This document shows, piece after piece, positions 38,600 to 50,923 of a DNA stretch of 64,000 bases. Numbering within the stretch: position 1 is the first letter of the stretch; each line of letters begins with the position of its first letter. Both the position numbers and the translations under genes were made by a program. The notes under the pieces are model-generated. The model made no database searches and was not told the origin of the DNA. It saw nothing but the letters and a program-made list of their open reading frames with translations. The stretch is from contig NC_092675.1 in the NCBI RefSeq assembly GCF_964355755.1, forward strand, positions 1,421,812-1,485,811. Reading direction: 5' to 3'. The stretch comes from Antedon mediterranea (lineage: Eukaryota; Animalia; Echinodermata).

Positions 38600-38802
38600 A
38601 TACACGGTATACTTTACTTACTTATTAATTAGATTATAAATGACTTCTAATTATCTTCCGGGCCGGCCGAGGCCAAAACATCAACAAAAGACATGTGACA
38701 CATACAAAAATATATACGACGAAAGCAAAGATCTTAGGACGAAAGTAAATGTGGTGGCGCACTTTCAGTTTTGTCATCCAGGAAAAGCAATCTAGGCCTT
38801 TT
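38600..38802. promoter_or_regulatory. Putative shared promoter of GGPS1 and FBXL15
   Basis: Divergent genes; CpG-rich patch; a - strand donor-like GTAAGTAAAG at ~38620 suggests a non-coding GGPS1 first exon; FBXL15 candidate ATG at 38803. Confidence 0.4.
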
Positions 38803-41510
38803 ATGCCCTCCGATCCTGTGCTGTATGGCTTAGCCGGCCTAAGAATGCTGGGGTAGGCCTAGATTATTCCCGAATATTCCGAACTAAAGTAAATATTGAG
38901 ACCCTAGTACTAGGCCTAGTGGCTTAGTGCTGAATCCGAAGCTAGGCTAGTGTACGGACTAGGTCTACTTACAATAAATACTAAAACTAAGCCTAGCTAG
39001 GCTAATAAGGCCTATAGGGGCCGGCTAGCTAGGCTAGGCTAGTAGTAGGCCTAGCCTACTAGTACTAGGCTAGGCCTGGCCCTAGCTAGGCCTAGATCCC
39101 CTGCTGGATCTAGCCTAGGCTAGGCCTAGCCTTAGACTAGATGCTTAATCAGGGCTACTCTAATCTAGCTAGGAGGGATTAGTAGCTAGCTAGACTCACC
39201 ACCCCTCCCCCCCCCCCCCCCTCCCGTGACCCCTTAGCTAGAGTTTAGTTAGCCTCCTAGAGCTAGGCCTAAGAAAGTATAGTTAGGCTCTAGAGGCCCA
39301 GCAGAAGTAGTAGTAGGCCTCATGTGCAAAATAATATTAATAAAACTAACTAAATAAAAGAAATTCAACAATTGAATCTAAAAAACTATATAATAAAAAA
39401 ATAATAATATGTTTGAGTTGAGCACGTAACTGAATTGACTGAGTAATTACTAATAATAGTACTGTACTGTACATTTTTAAACTTATTCTTCCTTTTACAG
39501 ATCTGTCAAGAAAAATGTTTTTAAAGTTCAAAGGAAATTCAATAAAATCCATGTATGTGCTATAGGAAGTAGCTATCAGAACTTTCAACCATGTATGTAA
39601 ATCAGCACTATCTCTACCATGCATCCAGTTCCTGTTAGTGTTAAATATACTGTACATTTTCATTAGGCATTAAGGCAAGGCATTAAACACATAGGTAACC
39701 ATGGCAATAAGAAACTTTAAATTAAACACACTGTGCCGATAAAATAAATTCATTCACTACTAAAATTTTAGTCTTGCCAAAATTTTATCATCTGACCTGT
39801 TTTTCAACAACTTCAAATTTCTGAGAAATTAACTAAAATAGGCACTTACAAATATGTTTGGTTTTTTTTTTCAGGTCATTGATTAAAGTTCTTCCATGGG
39901 AAGACATTATAATTCCAAAAATCTTGTCATATTTTTCATTAAAAGAAGTCTTTCGCCTTCGACAAATCTGCAAAGACTTCCAAACAATTGTTGACATCTA
40001 CCTTCAACAGCTTCAGTTCCTTGATTTATCTGACATAAAGAATATACTATCACCTGAGACCTTCCAGGCTGTTACGCAATCAAGATGCTTTCGGAGATTA
40101 AAATTCGCTGGTTTAAAATGGATGAAAGATGATAACGTTGTACAGGTTATTAAGAATAATAAAGTTTTACAGACATTGGATCTGACAGATGGACTGAGTT
40201 TGACTGGAATCACAATTCAAACAATTGCTGTGAATTGCAAGTTTCTGCAGAAGCTTTTTATTAAGAACTGTCATTGGATCCAGTCTTCACTATTGGAGGT
40301 AATTCACTTTTTTAAGAGTCTCGGCTTAAAAGCTTTGCTTATTTTGAGTTTTCCATATCTTTTTGATGACATATTTTTACATATCCTTATTTTTATGGAA
40401 TAAATTGATTTTGATTGATTTAATATTCTAAACTTAGGATATATATACAGGCAAACTTACTACCCTCTTACAACCTTGTTACAATCCTTGTTGCCTACCA
40501 CCACAAAATTTATCAACCCCTCTACATCTGACCACTGTACATAATTAAGTATACTGTAATTACTGCTAACTATTATTGATCATTTGAGACTTTTCAGTCG
40601 GATTAAGATCTTCGCAATTGAGCCAAAACCAAAATAGAACCCAGGATTTCAAAGTCCAAGCATGTTTTGACACCAAAACCATGAAACCGTTTATTTGCTA
40701 TCATTATACTTGTAGATACTGTTGGTCGAGTGTAATAGATTGACGCACCTTGATCTCACTGCTTGTTGGGAGCTGACGGATGATACTGTGTACGTCATAT
40801 GTACTACGCAACAGGACCTGAAATGGTTGTCAGTAGCAAAAATCTATGGTATAACAAACAGATCAATTGAAATCATCATAAGTGAAAGGAACAAAATAGA
40901 GTATTTGGACGTTGAAGGATGTTGGAGAATTACAAATCCATTTATAAGGTATACCAATGATTTCTACACTAAATCAATTTATAACTCGTTTTTCTATTTA
41001 TCTAATGCAAAATCATTTAGGTGTCATTCTTTTTATACATTGTTGCCACAAAAATACAACACACTTTTACTTTCTCTTAATTTGGAAATCTACAAGTAAA
41101 GTGCATTTGTTCATACTACTGTAGCTAAACTGTTTTGTTGTCTTTTATATTAGTACAGTACTTGATTGATACAGAGAAAGGTCCTCAGATATAATCCCAC
41201 CACACAAAATTAACCCATTAAACATTAAGGAAACATGTTATCTTATATCATATATACTACTGTGTATATATAATAGTTGAATATGATATTTTTGATTGTG
41301 GTATTAATAGTTTGTTTTCATTACAGAAGTCTTGGTACAAATTGTCCAAGTCTAAAAGAACTGCATGTAAATGACTGTAAGGCAATTAATGAGGCAAGTC
41401 TTGCACGATTACGTGTACGTGGAGTGAAGATAGACACACGGCCACCTCAACAGTACCGCCATGTTGTTGATAGCATGGGCATGCGTATGCATCTTAATCT
41501 TGCGCTATGA
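38803..41510 (+). CDS. FBXL15: F-box/LRR-repeat protein 15-like (spliced)
   Basis: Exons: 38803-38852 (putative first exon, phase 2 matches), 39875-40298, 40716-40948, 41327-41510 (TGA). F-box LPWEDIIIPKILSYFSLKEVFRLRQICKDF, cysteine-containing LRRs (LDLTACWELTD, LDVEGCWRITN), and C-terminal SLARLRVRGVKID...P typical of FBXL15. Confidence 0.85.
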
Positions 41511-41750
41511 ATTTATAAAGGAAGCACGATTACGTGGAGTGAAGATAGACACGCGGCCACCTCAACAGTACTGCCATGTTGTTGATGGCATGGGCATGCG
41601 TAATCTTGCGCTATGAATTAGAAAGGAAGCAAGATTACATGGGGGGTGAAGATAGACACGCGGCCACCTCAAAAGTACCACCATGTTGTTGATGGCATGG
41701 GCATGCGTAATCTTGCGCTATGAATTATAAAGGAAGCAAGATTACATTGA
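41403..41750 (+). repeat. Tandem triplication (~105-120 bp) of the FBXL15 coding end and stop region
   Basis: gcacgattacgt...ggagtgaagatagacac...catgggcatgcgt...aatcttgcgctatgaatt at 41403, 41524 and ~41629, plus a partial copy at ~41735. Confidence 0.92.
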
Positions 41751-42661
41751 GTTAAAAAAAAAATCATAATGAAAACGCATTTCCAGATGACAAACATATA
41801 AATAAAATTAATTATGATTATTATAAAAAATTTAGATGAGTGCTGAGGTGAATTACATTATGATATTCTTAGACTAAGGCAACTGCCTTGGTTAGTTCTA
41901 TTATTCATTCATTATACTATAAGAATGTATATTAAAGTTCATCTTATTACTGGCACACAACCAAGGCAATATCAAATTGCCTTGATCGCATTTTAAGTAA
42001 TTTTAAATAAATTTCCGGTAGATACCTAAACAGGTTATTGAGTTACAGCATATGATGATGATTGTTAGTGTTATTTATTTGTATACTATTATATTGTCCT
42101 ACGTTGTACATTTATAAATGAAACATTTACTACCACTTATAATATAGTACTAGTACTCCGTATCAGTATAGATTACTGTAGGATAGCTCACCCATTAAAT
42201 GATAAATATGTAGCTAATAATTCAGCTAGAATCCGCCCTTTAAAATGCAATACTACTCGATGTAGGAAATCATTTGTCCACAACTCAATACATATCTACA
42301 ACTCAACATTTCAAAGATAGTTATTTATTTCAGCCTTCTTACAACAATGTCATTTTTCTAATATTAGTCTTTATATATTGTATAAGATTTTTATTACATT
42401 TTGTAAATTTTCTGTATAGTGTGTGTAATTAAGCATCAAGGAAAACAAATTTCATGTTCGCCATGTTGTGGTCATGACAATAAAGTTTTATCTTTAATTT
42501 CAGTATACAAATGAAAGTGTACGTCCTTGTATTGAACAGAGAGCTGTAACTTACGAAGACGCATGTGTGATGGGGGAGATTCATCTAAATTTGTCCAACA
42601 AGGGCATTCTCTTTGATTTTTAAATATCGTGGTAAAATATCATCCTTTCACATTTATTCTC

Positions 42662-42985
42662 ACACTGTCAATGGATGGCGAGTAGTACATCATCCACCTA
42701 CTCCGTAAAGATACACTGTCAATGGATGGCGAGTAGTACATCATCCACCTACTCCGTAAAGGTACACTGTCAATGGATGGTGAATAGTACATCATCCACC
42801 TACTCCGTAAAGGTTCACTGTCAAATTGACATGTCAATGGATGGCGAGTAGTACATCATCCACCTACTCCGTAAAGGTACACTGTCAATGGATGGTGAAT
42901 AGTACATCATCCACATCCACCTACTCCGTAAAGGTACACTGTCAATGGATGGTGAATAGTACATCATCCACCTACCTACTCCGTA
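42662..42985. repeat. 51-bp minisatellite, ~6 copies
   Basis: Unit acactgtcaatggatgg(c/t)ga(g/a)tagtacatcatccacctactccgtaaaggt. Confidence 0.92.
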
Positions 42986-43799
42986 ACTGTCTGTAAACAC
43001 ACAGTATATAACCTTACATTAAATAAGTGTAGTATTCCAAAATTTACCGTCAATTGTACGCCTTATTCCGAGGTAAAAATTGTTCTATACCGTTTCTACT
43101 TTTATTATTACCGGAAAATGACCAGATACATTTCTCATCTCCTTTTAATGTATTATTTAGTTCTGAATTGAAATCTCCCCCACCCTCCTCCTTCAGTCAG
43201 CAACCAGCCTCTGTACATTAATATGATAATCAAAACCAAAAAAACAGATGAATGAATTATGAATATTCCAGATCAAAAATCAAGCCACCATGGAAAGAGC
43301 AGCACAATCAACATAAGTGCGTCCATTGGTCTTTTCAGTTCCATTAACATTTTAATATTGAAATAATATTATTATTGTAATAATAATGATTTGTATATGA
43401 TTTTCATTTTTTCTTAAGTAATGTTGTTTGGCTGCACATGCTCAGTGTGGTTCCACACTTTCTTTTGTTTACCGTTGTCGCGTTGTAGTCAGTTTCCATC
43501 TAATCTGCAACTGCATCGTCTTCACCAAACACCTATTGTAGACGACGACAGGAGAAGTTTAAATATTATTTTACCTCTGTAAGTAAATGACCATTTTTTA
43601 GTATGTTTATTTCACATTGAGTAAAGACACTCAATTAGTTCAGGTGACGGCCGGACAGGAAGAAGACCGATTTAATTAATTCATCAACATTTATAGTTTT
43701 CATTTCTAAACAATTTTTCGGACAAACTTTTCGTTTTTTTTAATCGAAAAATAGGAGTAGAGTTAGAGACCATTTCTTACTCAAAATTATGGTACCTTA

Positions 43800-43980
43800 A
43801 AGCGTGGTTCCTACTAGCGACACAACACAAGGACGTAACGCAACGCAAGTGAATAGACCAATCACAAGCGATGGCTTATTCGCTTGTGATTGCTAACTGT
43901 CTATAACTTCGCTTGTCATTGGTTAAAACGCTTGCGTTGCGTTTACGTCCTTGCGTTACGTTCTAGTGGGAACGAACCTT
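43800..43980. mobile_element. Harbinger-like MITE (family C; related degenerate copy at ~3170-3455)
   Basis: aagcgtggttcctactag...ctagtgggaacgaacctt with T(T/A)A flanks; extended internal symmetry caaggacgtaacgcaacgcaag / cttgcgttgcgtttacgtccttg. Confidence 0.7.
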
Positions 43981-44715
43981 TAGCCGACCATTTATCCCCC
44001 AACTTCAGACCGGTGGATATTTCATGAAATATGTTATTTCTAATCAATATTTGGTTTTGTATATATACTTTATTATTATTTTTTACTGCTTAATACATAT
44101 CACTTTAACCTATCTTATAATTGTATAGAAATAATTTTTTTACACATTTTGATGAATCGTTAAAGTCTACTGTAACGCTATTTATTTGTAGTAAAATGTA
44201 TGACATGCAAAAGAAAATACAGGTAATAAATAATGACATGTGTTTTTTATGTCTGTCTTTTTGAATTTTTATTAGGGCCTACATTGTGCATTTAAATTTT
44301 ATGTTTCTATTCAAATATTCCCATGTTTGTGTTATCGTTCATTTTTACATATTTTACGCAAAACGTATTGGTATACCTAGTTCACTATTATCAGTGTTGT
44401 TTGTTAAAATAAATAAATCATTAAAGATATATTTTGCCCAGAATTTATTGTTGTTGTTGTTGAAGGCCATAATGTAACAGTTATTCACTTTTTCCAAAAA
44501 TTGGTTGGAAAAAAAACGTAATTTAAAGAAAAAAATAGTCCATTGTTTAGAAATAACCCATTGGGTTTTTCGTTAAATTTAACTGTATTTTGTATTTTTA
44601 TTGCATGAAATCATTATTTTTGTACCGTACCATTTTGACAAAAGTGAAAAATGATTAAAACTACAGGACTATTCAAAGTTGGATTTTTTTAAATCTTTAT
44701 TTTTTGGGGGACAAT

Positions 44716-45160
44716 CATCATCATCATCAGTCGTCTGCTGAGCAGGTGACTACAAGCTTTCTCCAGCCACAACGGTCCTTGGCTAACTCTGACAGCTTAT
44801 CAGAGGTAATTATGCCTTCTTCATCCCCCAAAAGCTGTTGGATGTATCTCAGAAAGTTGGTTCTCTGCCTTCCTGGTTTTTTTTCCCCATGTTGAGGAAC
44901 ATACAGATCGTACTCGTTGGATGGTTCGTCATCAGGCATTCGAAGCGCGTGGCCCAGGAACTTCAATTGGCGGGATCTAACGTTTTCCACTAGCGGTCTG
45001 GTCTTGGTTAGGTCATAGATAGAAGCATTTGGCACTCTATCTGTTCTCTTGATATTTAGCATGATTCTATAGCACGAAGTGCCAAATGCATTGATTTCAC
45101 TTTCCATCGCCTTAGAGAGGATCTAAGACTCCCAGCCATACACAAGGTAAAAGTAACACA
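44716..45160 (-). mobile_element. 5'-truncated RTE-clade non-LTR retrotransposon
   Basis: ORF2 C-terminus (RSRQLKFLGHALRM...KKPGRQR...LAKDRCGWRKLV); (TGA)n tail; 10-bp TSD gggggacaat at 44706-44715 and 45161-45170. Confidence 0.88.
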
Positions 45161-45650
45161 GGGGGACAATACCAATCACCAATAAAAGTGGGAGTTTATA
45201 AATATCAAAATTGTTGTTGCCATGGGTGATTTTAATGTCTGTCAGAAAGAGCTATATTTTTTCCAGTCTTGACACATTATTGATCATTTGTAAGGAATAA
45301 TAACGAATGGATATTAATTTTTAAAATAACTACCTTTGTATTGATTTCGGTTTGTACAATGATATAAAATTAATAAAGAATAACTATAAACATTAGGCCT
45401 ATGTGAGACGTGTATTTATGACTTATAGTTAAATATATTATTGTTATGATATTGATCATTACCTACAAATATATAATTGAATTTATTTATGAAACATTGT
45501 AGATCACTTATTGTGTTATATAACTTTATGAATACATTCTAAAGAACAACGAGTACTTTTGTATTGTTTTTTACAGTTATTTTGCATTGAATAACTGAAT
45601 GAAAAGGAATGTATTTTGTTTTTCATGACGGAAAACACACTATAGATTCG

Positions 45651-48600
45651 ATGTCTGTGTTTGTTAAGATTCTATGCTTTCTGTTTCCAATCATTGTATA
45701 TGTCAGAGGTAAGTTGGCTTACTACCTTTATTATGGTTTTCAAAATCTGTTTATTTCATTTTATTTATTTATTAGTCATCACTTTTATCAGTGGCACACA
45801 CTGTCGTTAGTGGTGCAACCAAAATAAAACAATTGGGCAAAATAATGAAAGGAAACAAAACAAAAGCTTTCATAAAAATCATCTCCGCTACCTTGGACAG
45901 ATTTCAATACTTCCAATTCAGGGACTTAACCTTTCTCTTCTACTTTCTAATAAGGTGTAAATCAATGCCCACCTTCTCCTTGGCAAATATGGAATGGAAG
46001 ATGTTATTTGTATATTACCAACCCAGTGGATTGGTTTGATTCAAGAGAAGCCTGCAAACAACGTGGTGGTGATCTTGCTGTCATAAGTTCGAGTGAAGAA
46101 CATGATTTAATACACACCAAACTTCTGGAATCGGGACTATATGATGATGTATTTATCGGTCTAAATAATGTAAATTACTTAAACAGATATCACTGGATTG
46201 GTTCTGGAGAATTCTCAAATTATATAGGTAATTAATATAGGCTGTTACCTAATTTGTTCTACCTGTACGACTTGATGCTACGAAGGTTGGCCACCATAAT
46301 TCAATCAAATCGTTGATATATATCTGCATCATGTACCGACTTGATGCTACGAAGGTTGGCCACCATAGTTCAATCAACAAATCGTTGACATATATCTGGC
46401 ATCATGTACGACTTGATGCTACGATGGTTGGCCACCATGGTTCAATTAGATCTGCGTTTGTTCAGTGTAAGACAATGTATAGCATTCCACTTGATGTCAT
46501 CATCACTCAATGTTCCTCTCTTCATCCCTCTTGCTTGTGTAGACCATCAATAGGTTTGCCACATCCACTGAAACTATAACACAGCCGTATCTTCGGCTGA
46601 TATTTCTGGGAATTAAATATTTGCATTAAAGAAATAAGATGTCTTCGTCTCCGCATTAAATTATCTTCTGCATACCCATCTTGAGTTATGTTACTTATAT
46701 AGATCTAATGTATTGGTAGGCCTACTTCTGTTAGATCGTTTATTGATACCCCATCTCGCTTAGTTGCCTCTCAATAGGTCGAAGAGAGTAAGGTCTTCTG
46801 CAGAATTAGATGCATTGGAGACTGCTTTTTTAAAGTCGTTGCAACTTGTTGGTTAGATCATGGAGGTATCTATATGGTTAGATATTTGGGTATTTTTTTA
46901 GAACAAAATATATTCCCTCTTTTTTTAACATTAGCCTATTTCCTTTGGTCCTTATTTATTACGAAAACCATATTGATTTGGGATTATTAAATCCTTAAGT
47001 ACATTGTTTAAGTTCCAGTATGAATTCAGCATGAACACCCAGAACTACGTATAACATTATTTTCCTAATTGGTAATTCCTTTAAAATAAAACTAACGATA
47101 TATGCCTTTTACACAGTTTTGGATAATAATACAAGTACAGTGTTGGAGAGATGTGTTACTCTTAATAATAATCAAACTGGATTGGTTGGTGTTGACTGCA
47201 GCAGCAGTAGACATGCTTTGTGTGAAACAGGTGAGGAAAAATAATAATGTATTGTTTTATTAGAAATTCGACACAATGGCTATACAAATACATCACTATC
47301 CATGTGTCTTTATGTGTCCTCCTATTGTGCTCCCTTGTACAACTACGTCTCCGGCGGCACCACTGCGTTTGTGTTGAAAAGATTCGTCTCTGCCATTCAT
47401 ATTATCGATTTGGTCACATAAACGGAAATAGGGTGGGAGGTGGATGATCAGAATTGGTATATGCTGTCTTGGTCTTACAGGTTTGCGAAAGAAGAAGGTA
47501 AAAATCCGATAAATAATTGTCTTCTTTGGTAAAATGATGTAGAATGCATTTCAACTGCGCCCTATTTATATTACGTAAGAATAAGATCAAAACATTTTGT
47601 CAATATTGCTAAACATTTTGCGATTTCTAAATGCACATATCGCAGTAACAACTATTTATTTCTTGTAGCGCCGTATCACCAACCGTGTAAGACAACCGAC
47701 TGGGTGCACTGGAATCGTAAATGTTATATTCCGCTCGCTGAACCGGTCAAAACTACATTTGATGAAGCAAGAAGCCACTGCCTCGAAAATGACTCGGATT
47801 TTGTCGTCATCGACACAGTTGAAGAGAATGCAATGATCTTGGAGTTAGTTAAGCCGTATTCGAACGATTTTCCTGAGTTCTGGATGGGAATTTATAGATT
47901 CGGCGATAGTGACAACTACGTTTGTCTTGATGGAAGAGAGCTCACTTGGTCAAGTATGTTAACAATAATTAATATACCGATATCACAGTAGGCCAACTAA
48001 TGAATTTAAAACAATAATACTGTATATTGGTAGGTTAGGTTTATCACTGTTTGTTTCGCCTCTGGTAAGGCAAAACAATGCACCAGTCTAGAAAATGTGC
48101 CACAATGTGAATTGATAATAATATAATCGTTTTTCTCACTTTCTGTATCAGAATGGGGACGCGGTGAGCCACAGGGTGCATTAACCAATGAACGATGCGC
48201 AATGAGTAAAACTGCTTCTGGTTGGTGGTATGATGTAAGGTGCAATAGCAAACGATCTACATTTCCAATTTGTGAAAAGGGTAAGGCAAAACTTAAATAA
48301 TTATCTTTGTTTTAAAGTATTCTATCAGAAGCGTGTACACAGAGTTTTAAACTCAGGCTGAAGTACAATTATTTTGTTCAATATGAATCGAGGACACAAA
48401 TTCCGTTGAGAAAGTAGCTATTTGTGACTATTGGTTACGCTTAATGCCAACTCAGACAGCATCGTACGACGAGGCTCGACGAAACGTCTTGACACGTCGG
48501 TGCTGTCTGAGTTGAATCCAAACGAGACGAGTCGTCTTGAGACATCGTCGGGCGTAGTTTTTAGGTCGTCGGGAGAACTTAAAACCTCCCCCGACGAGAC

Positions 48601-48919
48601 GATGTCTGATTTGGCCTTAAATATACGGGATAAAACGATCGAAATGTCACCATATTACCTATGTTTGCGTTTTGTTTTAGATGTGATCAATATGTATAAG
48701 ATTACCAACGGTTGTTTGGCTGGTGATGTGATCGGGTCTGTATGGACACGTTCTAATATTAGATGTGCTCACGCTTGTTGGAGGAATCATCAATGTACCT
48801 CATTCAACATAATCAAGACGGATACCATGCAGTATCAATGCCAACTGATGCAAAATGAGAACACAGATGACGTCAGCATTCATCAGAAATGTTACAATTA
48901 TCAAATTATTACATTTTAA
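45651..48919 (+). CDS. Secreted protein: signal peptide + 2 C-type lectin domains + C-terminal PAN/apple-like domain (spliced)
   Basis: Exons: 45651-45708 (hydrophobic MSVFVKILCFLFPIIVYVRG), 45955-46227, 47117-47230, 47669-47953, 48152-48280, 48681-48919 (TAA); all junctions phase 1. CTLD1 CPPSPWQIWNGRCY...ACKQRGGDLAVI...FIGL...LCE. CTLD2 WNRKCY...ARSHC...FWMG...WGRGEPQG...WYDVRC...ICE. Last exon CAHACWRNHQCTSFN...CQL (PAN-like Cys pattern). Confidence 0.85.
46265..46446. repeat. ~68-72 bp tandem repeat, ~2.6 copies (lectin intron)
   Basis: tgtacgacttgatgctacgaaggttggccaccat...ttcaat repeated three times. Confidence 0.85.
48444..48617. mobile_element. Harbinger-like MITE (family D) in the last lectin intron
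   Basis: atgccaactcagaca / tgtctgatttggcct with TTA/TAA flanks; CpG-rich internal gacga/tcgtc repeats. Confidence 0.65.
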
Positions 48920-49412
48920 GATACATAATGATAAATATACTATAAATCATTAAAATTAGTTATCATACATAGGTAAATAATAATAATAATAATTGTACAG
49001 CGCACGTATCCGCAAAAGTGCTCAAGACGCTTGTGAAAACCATGAAACAATCTAACCTTAAACCTAAATACTACTGATAATTTTGACCAAAACAAAAAAT
49101 AAAAAACATATATAAGTAGGTATGTTAAAACAAAATCAACTGGACTTTACTTATTCATGGCAACACCAGTCGGTCAGATAATGCGTCCAGGACGAGAAAC
49201 GTTACCAATAAGTCCAGTTTATTTATAAATATTGTTCACTTTTAAAAATTATCTCTCATTAGTAACTATAGGCCTACTGTACTTTAGCCTTGAGAACAAG
49301 TAGTAGTGATTCTCCTCTACTTTCTTTCTTTCTACTAAACCACACCTATAGTTCTCCATGACTTTATTAAGTATTATTATTATCTCATTACCCTAGTGCT
49401 TGCAGATTGGCA

Positions 49413-49482
49413 TTTTTAGTCGCGTGTACCGCGACTCTACAGCTTACTATGTCGGTCGATTGGTCGGTCGGTAAACGCGACT
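49413..49482 (+). mobile_element. Helentron/DINE-1-like (HINE) 5' end fragment
   Basis: tttttagtcgcgtgtaccgcgactcta (short inverted repeat after a T-run) followed by a (gtcg)n microsatellite. Confidence 0.45.
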
Positions 49483-50729
49483 GCAGCTATGCATAAATGG
49501 TGATAAATGTTACTTTAATTTTTTACTAAACCAGAACAATACACCAGAATATGCTAGTAGGCAAATACAAAGAACTTTAATACAAAAGTGTTTCAGAATC
49601 ATTATACATGTAACGTGACATTCGGTGTACGTTTCGCTTTTACCAAATCATCACAAAATATCATTATTGACAACAAAATAATGAATCGTGCGTGACAACA
49701 AAATGATTAAAATAGAAATATATCAATTTAAATAGGCTACCATGCATTTACCTTTTTCGCTTGACAATTTTGTTAAAAAGCCTTGACTGGTGATTGCTAC
49801 TATTATCGAGTTTAATCATTGTATTATTACTTTTTAAGCATGTAGTTTATTGTACTTTTATCGAAATCCGATGGGTTTTTTTTTTCAAATTTGTATTGGA
49901 AATTAATAACACTTTAGAGACGTTTTGTAAAAATCATGCATATATATATAATTTAAAAATCATGCATATATATATAATTTAAAACAGGTCATGTATTGTC
50001 TTAAATGCGCGTTTTAATAGTTAATTGTGATAAAGAGAGAAAAACAGTGCACTACCGAAGTAGTTAGCGTCGAAAATTCTCTCGTAGACTAGATCTAGTC
50101 TACGAGAGGCCATGTTTCCGCAGCCAAAACAAAATGTTATATCTGATAATGTTTTAACCACTAAAGTGCGCATGACACAGTCATTACCAAACAACCAGAG
50201 ACCCAATCACATCGCAACAGTTTGTCCTTAAAGTCAAAGGTTAAAATAATAATAATAATTTATTTTGGTTTTTTTTCTGTTTATTCAAAGTGGGGCATTT
50301 ATTAATATTAGATTATTATTTGAATAAATACGGTATATATATTATCTTAAAATACAAATATTCAATAACCTAACAATGGGATATTTTATTATTAAATCTC
50401 TAAAAAGCTAAGAAAACAATAATTTATATTATAAAGAAATCAAACAAAGCACATTAAAACGTGAACATTCGTTATAAAAAAACAATGTTAACTTTTTAAA
50501 GTGAGTGACATTGTCCATTCTCACTTTAATACATTTCTATCAACTAATTAACACAATTTAAAATCCGATATATTATGTATAGATAGATTAAGATATATAG
50601 ATTAAGTATTGAACATTTTTACATTCTAAAAATCATTAAATATTTGAAAAATACTTTTTTTTAATGTTTTTGTAGTTTACAATTATTCAGTATTTGAAAC
50701 TTGTAAAGAAGAGTATGTTGATGCTCTGA

Positions 50730-50855
50730 AGCTCTGTCTACATTATCAAACATTATGGGACACCACAAATGTGATGTTCCCTAATATGGTAGTGATATGA
50801 CATCATCATGTCCATATATGGGCACATCACATTATTTTGTCAGTTTGACAGAGTT
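50730..50855. mobile_element. MITE family A, copy 8 (ZGRF1 3' UTR)
   Basis: agctctgtctacattatcaaac, conserved core, shortened right TIR. Confidence 0.75.
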
Positions 50856-50923
50856 TTACATTGTTACTACTGTGAACTTGAACTCTTCAAATGGTGAATA
50901 ATTGAGACAGCTAGAACAGTATT

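Noticed and set aside
46450-46880. Possible degraded LINE endonuclease fragment on the - strand (PTNTLDL-like)
   Set aside because: Multiple stops and only one short motif; cannot be supported without a profile search.
48431-48680. N-terminal part of the 162-aa ORF
   Set aside because: It runs through a MITE and intron; the real exon begins after the acceptor at 48681.
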